Shown here: piece by piece, positions 51,619 through 58,099 of the stretch
How the letters are laid out: the number at the start of each line of letters is the position of its first letter
How positions within the stretch are numbered: position 1 is the stretch's first letter
DNA from: a virus
Length of the DNA: 64,000 nucleotides
Strand: one strand, 5' to 3'
IMG/VR virus record: IMGVR_UViG_3300042554_001257
Span: 5,489-69,488 of that record
The notes under the pieces: model-generated
Told to the model about the DNA's origin: nothing
What the model saw: the letters and a program-made list of their open reading frames with translations, nothing else
Database searches by the model: none
Position numbers and translations under genes: made by a program

Positions 51619-52056
51619 TTATTTTTCAGTAAATGAGCGAAGCATCCAAACGAACTTACCGTGTGCTTCATTTAAATCATCAAGAAGATTGATCGTTCCT
51701 CTTGACTTCTGTTCCTCTGCTTCAGTAGCAGCATTGGAAAGCATAGTAATTATTTTTTGATGACCATCCATCAAATCACGAATCATTTCCATTTCGGAAA
51801 TATTAGATTTTGCTTCACCAACACCAGAAACCTCTATTACCCTTGACAATGAACTAACTGGTTTTGCACCAAGATACCTCATATGCTCAGAAACACGATC
51901 AACTTCCTCTTGAATAGCAAGATATTGCTCACCAAATAAGTCGTGAATCTGCTTAAAGTCAGGCCCAACAATGTGCCAATGATAAACCCAAGTTTTCTGA
52001 AATAAGACAAAAAGACTTGCCTGAGTGTCAGAAAGTAACTTATATAATTTTTCCAT
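51619..52056 (-). CDS. dps: Dps/ferritin-like protein
   Basis: HWHIVGPDFKQIHDLF...DRVSEH...KFVWML; TATAAATA late promoter at 52074-52081. Confidence 0.88.
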   Translation of the reverse strand: MEKLYKLLSDTQASLFVLFQKTWVYHWHIVGPDFKQIHDLFGEQYLAIQEEVDRVSEHMRYLGAKPVSSLSRVIEVSGVGEAKSNISEMEMIRDLMDGHQKIITMLSNAATEAEEQKSRGTINLLDDLNEAHGKFVWMLRSFTEK

Positions 52057-52083
52057 TATACCAGTTTTTTAGGTATTTATAAG

Positions 52084-52155
52084 TGGGCAATATCGGATTC
52101 GAACCAATGACCGTCTGCGTGTAAAGCAGCTGCGCTACCGCTGCGCCAATCGCCC
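52084..52155 (-). tRNA. trnV: tRNA-Val(TAC), outside the main array
   Basis: CTGC-TT-TAC-AC-GCAG; A73. Confidence 0.92.
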
Positions 52156-52505
52156 ATAAAAAGTCAATACTGACTCATAAGATATTCTACTGTATTTGCT
52201 ACATCATTCATAGCATCTCGTAGATCTGTTTGCTGCCCTGACTCTTGCTTAATAATCGGACGATGATCATCAGTTAGAGTCCAACGCCATTGATCCATAT
52301 CCTTACAGAACCAGAGATTAATTTTCATTCTTAAAATACTCCAATTCTATCCAGCGAAGAAGTGTGTTATAGGCATAGATTGATGCTTCTGTACAGTTGT
52401 CTTCTTTAAGTCTCTGGATATAATACTCAAGTGCCTCAATAACCATTTGACGGTCCATCTGGGAAATAAGAGACATAACCCTCCTAACTCGTTATCTATA
52501 ATACA

Positions 52506-52895
52506 CTAAAAAGGGGGTTTTGTCAACTCCCCCTCTTCTTGTTTGTTTTTGTTGACTTGTTTAGCACTCCAAACAATGATAGATATGAGCGCAAAGTAAA
52601 ACAGATAGTCGTCAATCATAACCAAAAAGAAAATAACTGAACCACCTATTCTCAAATAATCTGGCATTGGAATCTTGTTACAGACCCAACGAACTTGTTT
52701 TTCAAAGATAAAGTATAGTGGTATGAGTGCAGTGACTACAAACTCACTATACGGAATCACAAAATATAGAGAGAGCAATATAAAGATTGGGAAGTATTGC
52801 CTCTCTGGTATCCTCTTTAGATATGAAACATATAGATCAATCCATCCCTGACGGGTTTTTGGTCTTTTTTTCCAACGCTTGATCAATTGCTTCAT
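52506..52895 (-). CDS. membrane protein
   Basis: Several hydrophobic segments. Confidence 0.5.
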   Translation of the reverse strand: MKQLIKRWKKRPKTRQGWIDLYVSYLKRIPERQYFPIFILLSLYFVIPYSEFVVTALIPLYFIFEKQVRWVCNKIPMPDYLRIGGSVIFFLVMIDDYLFYFALISIIVWSAKQVNKNKQEEGELTKPPF

Positions 52896-52919
52896 ATTTA
52901 AAAATTAATACTATCTATA

Positions 52920-53897
52920 TCACTTCTCACCCATACCGATTTGTTGAACCTTGATACGGGATTTATTCAAAATAGAACCAGCAAGAGGAACATAACCAAG
53001 ATCATCAGCAAGTGATTGTGCCTTAGAACTTAGAGCATAGTTGATAGCATCACGAACTGCGGTTGCCTTACCAGGAGCATAACCACTCTTATAGGCAATA
53101 ATCCAGGTCAGAGTGGAGATAGGATATGCCTGAGCACCTGCGGGGTTAGGATCTTCACCAGCAAGGGTCACGGGGTCCAATTTGATGCCATTCAGAGCAG
53201 CGGCACCAGTTACAGCAGAAGGTCCAACGAACTTACCTGCCTTGTTTTGGAGAACTGCTGCTTGAAGTTTGTTGGGACGAACAAATCCAGTGTTCACATA
53301 ACCAATGGCACCAGGAGTGTTCTTGATCGTGCCAGAGACACCTTCATTACCCTTAGCACCAACACCAGTAGGCCAGTTTACGGACTTACCCACACCAGGA
53401 GCCCAACCACCAAAAGCATCCAGAGAGTTGGTGAACGCATAAGTAGTTCCAGAACCATCAGAACGATGAACAACCATCATCTTACCAGCAGTACAACCGA
53501 CTTGTTTCCAGTCCTTAATACGACCAGAAAAAATATCAACGGTTTGTTTCTGAGTTAGTTTCAGTTTGCAACCAGGTTTGTTATAGGCAATAGCAATCGT
53601 TCCACCCACCATAGGAATCTGAACGACACCACGCTTTACTTTCTTTGCTTCAGATGACTTAATGGGTTCATCAGAGGCACCGAAATCTACGGTTCCAGCA
53701 ACAAATTGACGAATACCAGCACCAGAACCAACGGACTGATAGTTCACACGGTTACCAGAAGATGTGGAGTAATCCTGGAACCAACGTTGATAGATGGGTG
53801 CGGGGAACGTAGCACCAGCACCATTAATAGCAGGTCCAGCAAGTGCAGAAGTAGGTGCAAGAGCAAGACCAATTGTAGCAATGTGTTTGAGTTTCAT
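52920..53897 (-). CDS. pstS: phosphate ABC transporter binding protein
   Basis: GAGATFPAPIY...YQSVGSGAG...VHRSDGSGTT...AYPI. Confidence 0.95.
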   Translation of the reverse strand: MKLKHIATIGLALAPTSALAGPAINGAGATFPAPIYQRWFQDYSTSSGNRVNYQSVGSGAGIRQFVAGTVDFGASDEPIKSSEAKKVKRGVVQIPMVGGTIAIAYNKPGCKLKLTQKQTVDIFSGRIKDWKQVGCTAGKMMVVHRSDGSGTTYAFTNSLDAFGGWAPGVGKSVNWPTGVGAKGNEGVSGTIKNTPGAIGYVNTGFVRPNKLQAAVLQNKAGKFVGPSAVTGAAALNGIKLDPVTLAGEDPNPAGAQAYPISTLTWIIAYKSGYAPGKATAVRDAINYALSSKAQSLADDLGYVPLAGSILNKSRIKVQQIGMGEK

Positions 53898-53919
53898 AAA
53901 AATTAAAAACTTCTTTGTA

Positions 53920-53952
53920 ATTGTACTTGATTGAGTTTAAGAGAAAGTTAAA
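53920..53952 (-). promoter_or_regulatory. Pho box and -10 upstream of pstS
   Basis: TTTAACTT-tct-CTTAAACT (two YTTAAYY-like repeats, 11-bp period), then TACAAT. Confidence 0.7.
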
Positions 53953-53966
53953 TGTCACCAAACACC

Positions 53967-53990
53967 AAAAAACCTCCCCGAAAGGAGGTT
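53967..53990 (-). terminator. intrinsic terminator after the porin gene
   Basis: CCTCC-TTTCGG-GGAGG + T6. Confidence 0.8.
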
Positions 53991-54009
53991 TAGAGGTATC
54001 AGGATTCTA

Positions 54010-55488
54010 TCAGAAACGGAAGGTCGTCTGAATCACACCACCATAGTTAGAAGATGCGTTCTTAAATGCCTGATTATTAGAAACATAGAAGATTGCAGGA
54101 GTCACGCTGATGTTATCGCTAACCTTGTAACGATAGAAGGCTTCCCACATCAGAGCGTCTTTGGTCAGCGTAGGTGCGTTGCCAGGTTGACCGATGGCAA
54201 AACCAGAGGCATTACCCTTAGCAAACACATCACTCCACTGAACACCAGCCATCCAAGTTTGGGAGTTGGTAGCAGCATTAGGAGTTGCAGGACCACTCAC
54301 ATAGTTCCAACCATAAGCGGCAGAGACCGAAGGAATGATGCCAGACTTCTTAGGTTGCCAGTAAGCATTCAGAGCATAACCGTTAGAGGTTTGGTTAGCG
54401 GCAAGAGTACCACCATTACCAGCAACACCATTGAAGGTACGAACACGAGTGCCTTCCGTACCATTACGATAACCGAAAGCAATACCGTATTGAGGAGCAC
54501 GATAACCAACTTGTGCCAGAGTATTCAGAGCACCAGAGGCATCAAATTCACCTTTGGTAGAATCAGAACCGTTCTGAGCAACATAGTTCAAGTTAGCAAC
54601 GAAACCTTTCTTACCCGCTTGTGCCCACTGAGCACCGAAACCAGAACCAGTTGCCTTGTTATAGACACCAGGAGCACCAGCAACAGCAAAGAAGTCAAGA
54701 ACATCCGACTTGTATGCAGTAGGAATCCATGCCATCTCAGTGTTACGAACCAGAGCACCAGCAGTCAGGGTTACGCCCTTAGCAAGTGCGGGGAAGCTGT
54801 AGTACAGACGGTCAAGATTGACTTGGTTTGCATAAGATTCTGCCTTATCCAGTTTGAACAGAGAAGAGGAAGAACCGAAAGGTTGCGAAGAGAAGTTACC
54901 AGAACGCAGACGAGTGCGAAGCAGATCCTTACCAGTGAAGGAAGTATCAAAGTTCAGACGAAGATCGTAGTTGAATGCGGTGTTACCAACGTTGGTTCCG
55001 TTAGCAAGACGAGCACCTTCTACACCACCAAGAACGAAGGTTGCTTCACCTTTCAGTTTGGTAGTAGTAGAAAACTGAGTTGCTTGAAGTTGACCAACTT
55101 GTGCTTCCAGTTTATCAACACGACCACGAATAACAGCAAGTTCTTCACGGAACTCAGTAGCAAGACGTTGAAGTTCATCAGTAACTTCGGTTACACGATC
55201 AAGGCAAGCATTCAGAAGTGCAGCTGCCTCATAACGAGTCATTGCCTTACCACCACCATAGGTGCCGTTAGGATAACCAGCAACACAACCATAACGCTCA
55301 ACAAGATTATTGAGTGCCTGATATGCCCAATCAGTAGGTTGAACATCAGACAGTTGAGTGATACTTGAAACCTGTTCCGAAGTGGAATATTGGTTGACTG
55401 CTACCATATTCAGATCTGCGGCATTCGCAGTAACAGGAGCAACCATTCCCAGAGCAACAGGTGCAAGCATCAGTTGTTTGAGTTTCAT
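54010..55488 (-). CDS. som: cyanobacterial outer-membrane porin (SLH + beta-barrel, SomA/B type)
   Basis: Signal peptide; SDVQPTDWAYQAL..LVERYGCVAGYP; FSTTTKLKGE; terminal TFRF. Confidence 0.9.
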   Translation of the reverse strand: MKLKQLMLAPVALGMVAPVTANAADLNMVAVNQYSTSEQVSSITQLSDVQPTDWAYQALNNLVERYGCVAGYPNGTYGGGKAMTRYEAAALLNACLDRVTEVTDELQRLATEFREELAVIRGRVDKLEAQVGQLQATQFSTTTKLKGEATFVLGGVEGARLANGTNVGNTAFNYDLRLNFDTSFTGKDLLRTRLRSGNFSSQPFGSSSSLFKLDKAESYANQVNLDRLYYSFPALAKGVTLTAGALVRNTEMAWIPTAYKSDVLDFFAVAGAPGVYNKATGSGFGAQWAQAGKKGFVANLNYVAQNGSDSTKGEFDASGALNTLAQVGYRAPQYGIAFGYRNGTEGTRVRTFNGVAGNGGTLAANQTSNGYALNAYWQPKKSGIIPSVSAAYGWNYVSGPATPNAATNSQTWMAGVQWSDVFAKGNASGFAIGQPGNAPTLTKDALMWEAFYRYKVSDNISVTPAIFYVSNNQAFKNASSNYGGVIQTTFRF

Positions 55489-55609
55489 AAAAATTTGTTT
55501 TTAGTACTAAACGACATAGTGAAAATCGTGCAAGTAGTTGCGGCACGATTGATCACGGTATTTATCTTAACATTTTCTTTGGGATCAGTCAAGTTTTTTG
55601 GTTTTCATA

Positions 55610-55681
55610 AGCGGAAGACGAGATTCGAACTCGCAACAACCTGCTTGGAAGGCAGGGACTCTACCGTTGAGTTACTTCCGC
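55610..55681 (-). tRNA. trnG: tRNA-Gly(TCC)
   Basis: CCTGC-CT-TCC-AA-GCAGG; U73. Confidence 0.93.
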
Positions 55682-55683
55682 AA

Positions 55684-55737
55684 TGGTGGGGATTTACCCA
55701 GCCTCAGAGTTTCCTCTTCACAGGCACGGAACCCCAC
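55684..55737 (-). ncRNA. candidate small RNA with a kink-turn and GAAA tetraloop
   Basis: GUGGGG...GCC-UGU-GA-AGAG-GAAA-CUCU-GA-GGC...CCCCAC-CA. Confidence 0.55.
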
Positions 55738-55763
55738 GCACTTCACTTCACACGGACTTGTAA

Positions 55764-55792
55764 AGTATATGACATAATGATCATTATGTCAA
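55764..55792 (-). promoter_or_regulatory. sigma70-like promoter containing a perfect 22-bp palindrome
   Basis: TTGACA-17-TATACT; TGACATAATGATCATTATGTCA at 55770-55791. Confidence 0.75.
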
Positions 55793-55793
55793 G

Positions 55794-55866
55794 AGCCCCC
55801 GACAAGACTTGAACTTGCGACAACCGCTTTACAAAAGCGGTGCTCTACCAGCTGAGCTACAAGGGC
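55794..55866 (-). tRNA. trnT: tRNA-Thr(TGT)
   Basis: CCGCT-TT-TGT-AA-AGCGG. Confidence 0.93.
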
Positions 55867-55869
55867 GAA

Positions 55870-56077
55870 TGGGTATCGAGTGCCCGACACCCGCAGAAGA
55901 CACTTTCTGCGATTTTCACTGCATTAGAGGGCAGTGATAAAAGAAAACACCAAACCTTATTTTTCCTGTTCTCAGGAAGGCACCCAAATGGGGTGGGAGA
56001 CCTTGCAAGGGTTTATACCTCCAAAGTTTGTCCAGCGTTTTCAATTTGAAAGAATCGGACATTTCCAATCCTTTCAA
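55870..56077 (-). ncRNA. candidate ~200-nt multi-stem RNA
   Basis: 14-bp hairpin, a multibranch domain closed by 13 bp, three more hairpins; many G-U pairs on the minus strand. Confidence 0.55.
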
Positions 56078-56150
56078 CTGGGGCGGCAGGGATCGAACCT
56101 GCGACCTAGATGTTAACAGCATCCCGCTACTACCGCTGAGCTACACCCCA
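56078..56150 (-). tRNA. trnN: tRNA-Asn(GTT)
   Basis: GATG-CT-GTT-AA-CATC; U1-A72, G73. Confidence 0.92.
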
Positions 56151-56215
56151 ATATTTGTTTTTATGTGTAAGGGAAAGGAGAGCTCTTGGACGGAACCGCA
56201 GGATCACTTTCCCAG

Positions 56216-56286
56216 TGGAGAATAGCAGAATCGAACTGCTAATAAGTGCTTGCAAAGCACCCGTTATACCGTTTAACTAATTCCCC
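56216..56286 (-). tRNA. trnA: tRNA-Ala(TGC)
   Basis: GTGC-TT-TGC-AA-GCAC; G3-U70. Confidence 0.92.
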
Positions 56287-56290
56287 AAAT

Positions 56291-56365
56291 TGGAGGCGGG
56301 GGGTGGAGTTGAACCACCTACCTGAAGCTTATGAGACTTCTGTGCAACCGTTACACTTCCCCACG
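56291..56365 (-). tRNA. trnM: tRNA-Met(CAT), initiator-like 1:72 mismatch
   Basis: GAAGT-CT-CAT-AA-GCTTC; C1xC72; encoded CCA. Confidence 0.8.
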
Positions 56366-56429
56366 ATGATGGATTGAGTGTGATACATCTCATAAGGATG
56401 TAACAGGGACTCAACCTCCAACAATTTAT

Positions 56430-56458
56430 ATAGTAACAAACTTTTGCAAGTTTGTCAA
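56430..56458 (-). promoter_or_regulatory. internal sigma70-like promoter with an inverted repeat
   Basis: TTGACA-17-TACTAT then ATAAAT; ACAAACTT-GCAA-AAGTTTGT. Confidence 0.7.
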
Positions 56459-56459
56459 G

Positions 56460-56533
56460 CGTCCTTTGAGAGATTCGAACTCCCGACACATAGGTTCGTA
56501 GCCTACTGCTCTATTCCACTGAGCTAAAAGGAC
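56460..56533 (-). tRNA. trnR: tRNA-Arg(ACG)
   Basis: GTAGG-CT-ACG-AA-CCTAT. Confidence 0.93.
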
Positions 56534-56536
56534 AGG

Positions 56537-56608
56537 CGAAGGGTGAGGGATTTGAACCCCCATCGCAAGGTTTTGGAGACCTGCATCTTACCATTAGACC
56601 AACCCAAC
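56537..56608 (-). tRNA. trnW: tRNA-Trp(CCA)
   Basis: AGGT-CT-CCA-AA-ACCT; two U-U pairs in the acceptor stem. Confidence 0.85.
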
Positions 56609-56612
56609 AAGG

Positions 56613-56685
56613 TGTCCGTGAGAGGATTCGAACCTCCAACAAATAGATCCTTAGTCTATTGCCTCTTCCATTGGGCTACACGGAC
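56613..56685 (-). tRNA. trnL: tRNA with AAG anticodon (Leu) and a short variable loop
   Basis: ATAGA-CT-AAG-GA-TCTAT; 5-nt variable loop; A73. Confidence 0.8.
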
Positions 56686-56759
56686 TGGTTGAGAAACTAG
56701 GACTCGAACCTAGATAAACTCCTTCAAAGGGAGGTGTCCTGCCATTAGACGATTTCTCA
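56686..56759 (-). tRNA. trnQ: tRNA-Gln(TTG)
   Basis: CTCC-CT-TTG-AA-GGAG; U1-A72; encoded CCA. Confidence 0.9.
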
Positions 56760-56764
56760 ATAGG

Positions 56765-56840
56765 AGTTCAGGGTGGGATTTGAACCCACGGTGAAAGAAG
56801 TTTTGCAGACTTCTGCATTCGACCACTCTGCCACCTGAAC
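56765..56840 (-). tRNA. trnC: tRNA-Cys(GCA)
   Basis: GAAGT-CT-GCA-AA-ACTTC; U73. Confidence 0.92.
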
Positions 56841-56842
56841 GG

Positions 56843-56914
56843 GGTGACGTATGGGAATCGAACCCATCTACCCAGATTCACAATCTGGTTCCTTATCCGC
56901 TAGGATAACGTCAC
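56843..56914 (-). tRNA. trnH: tRNA-His(GTG)
   Basis: CCAGA-TT-GTG-AA-TCTGG; C73. Confidence 0.9.
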
Positions 56915-56915
56915 A

Positions 56916-56989
56916 TAGCAGTAGGTGGATTTGAACCACCGTCCATAGGAATATGAGTCCCGTACTCTACCAGACTGAGCTATACTGCT
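56916..56989 (-). tRNA. tRNA(CAT), Met or lysidine-modified Ile
   Basis: GGGA-CT-CAT-AT-TCCT; A1-U72; A73. Confidence 0.8.
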
Positions 56990-56993
56990 GAGG

Positions 56994-57076
56994 CGGAAGA
57001 TGTTGGATTCGAACCAACGGAGGTTTTACCCTCACGGTTTAGCAAACCGCTGCATTAACCACTCTGCCAATCTTCC
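56994..57076 (-). tRNA. trnS: tRNA-Ser(GCT)
   Basis: GCGGT-TT-GCT-AA-ACCGT; long variable arm. Confidence 0.93.
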
Positions 57077-57190
57077 ATAAAGAAGGATAGTCAGTCCTCC
57101 TACCTTTATTCTCCTTGTCGAAATACTTGTCTCTACGGATTGACTAGATCCTAAAACTTTCTTCCTCAGATGGATTAAGGTTCACCAGAG

Positions 57191-57262
57191 TGGAACCGAC
57201 AAGATTTGAACTTGTGACCGCTCGGTTATCAGCCGAGTGCTCTACCACTGAGCTACGGTTCC
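57191..57262 (-). tRNA. trnI: tRNA-Ile(GAT)
   Basis: CTCGG-CT-GAT-AA-CCGAG. Confidence 0.94.
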
Positions 57263-57374
57263 AAAACTGGGTGAAAGGTCATTTGCTCTTTGCCCTTTCC
57301 ATTCCACATTCAGAAGATTGCGTTTGCAACCACTTTCTTCCTATACCCAGTAAGTTTGAGAGTAAAACTCTCAA

Positions 57375-57448
57375 TGGGAACAATCGGATTTGAACCGATA
57401 ACACCTTGATCTTCAATCAAGTGCTCTACCAATTGGAGCTATGTTCCC
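57375..57448 (-). tRNA. trnF: tRNA-Phe(GAA)
   Basis: CTTGA-TT-GAA-GA-TCAAG. Confidence 0.92.
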
Positions 57449-57451
57449 AAG

Positions 57452-57523
57452 TCCAGAAGGTTGGATTTGAACCAACGTCCTCACCGCCCCAAACGGTGCC
57501 GTCTACCGCTGACTTACTCCTGG
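57452..57523 (-). tRNA. trnP: tRNA-Pro(TGG), second divergent copy
   Basis: CACCG-TT-TGG-GG-CGGTG; C1-G72, A73. Confidence 0.88.
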
Positions 57524-57524
57524 A

Positions 57525-57599
57525 TGGTAGTCTCGAAGGGATTTGAACCCTCGTTTTTGCTGTGAAAGAGCAACGTCCTAACCATTAGACGACGAGACC
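57525..57599 (-). tRNA. trnE: tRNA-Glu(TTC)
   Basis: TTGCT-CT-TTC-AC-AGCAA; encoded CCA. Confidence 0.92.
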
Positions 57600-57795
57600 A
57601 GATGGGAGGGGTATCCCACACGAAGTTACTTACGGATTACGCTTCGTAGCCTTATGAATCCTGCCATCATCCGATGGTGGTTAGAAATCCCTCCCCAATT
57701 CCAGTTCTTGCTACGTCATTCCTTACCTAACTGGCAACATTCAGGATGACGTGCTACAACCGCCAAGGAGGGACACTCCATCGGCAGCGTAGCAA

Positions 57796-57868
57796 CGACC
57801 CTAACGGGATTCGAACCCGTGATACCACCGTGACAGGGTAGCGTGATAGACCACTTCACTATAGGGTC
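57796..57868 (-). tRNA. trnD: tRNA-Asp(GTC)
   Basis: CTACC-CT-GTC-AC-GGTGG; G73. Confidence 0.92.
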
Positions 57869-57872
57869 AAGG

Positions 57873-57963
57873 TGGGAGAGGAGGGAATTGAACCCCCGAT
57901 GGTTCCGATGTAACGGTTTTACAGACCGCAGCCACACATATTGCCAACAGTAGCCACTCTCCC
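57873..57963 (-). tRNA. trnY: tRNA-Tyr(GTA) with an enlarged D arm
   Basis: GCGGT-CT-GTA-AA-ACCGT; D arm GCTAC...GTGGC with a 14-nt loop. Confidence 0.85.
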
Positions 57964-57966
57964 AAA

Positions 57967-58039
57967 TGGGTCTGGTCGGACTCGAACCGACGACTTACAG
58001 GTTAAAAGCCCGCTACTCTACCAACTGAGTTACAGACCC
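57967..58039 (-). tRNA. trnK: tRNA-Lys(TTT), first gene of the array
   Basis: GCGGG-CT-TTT-AA-CCTGT. Confidence 0.94.
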
Positions 58040-58056
58040 ACATAATATAGGATAAA

Positions 58057-58099
58057 TATTCAGTTGTCTAGGTTCTCGGTGAGGGGTGATCCCTCAACC
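58057..58099 (-). promoter_or_regulatory. boxB-like hairpin + boxA-like antitermination signal
   Basis: TGAGGG/CCCTCA hairpin, then GAACCTAGACAACTGAATA, close to cyanobacterial rrn boxA GAACCTTGA(A/C)AA. Confidence 0.6.

Noticed and set aside
54187-55368. 393-aa plus-strand ORF
   Set aside because: Antisense shadow of the porin gene produced by its codon bias; no recognisable motifs.
57077-57190. Y RNA or 6S RNA identity for the trnI-trnS spacer
   Set aside because: The stem lacks a clear Ro60 bulged-C motif and is too short for 6S; kept only as an unassigned structured spacer.
55610-58039. Self-cleaving ribozymes (HDV-like theta, twister, hammerhead) in tRNA trailers
   Set aside because: By eye no spacer has the nested HDV core, CUGANGA/GAAA or the full twister consensus; a covariance-model scan would be decisive.
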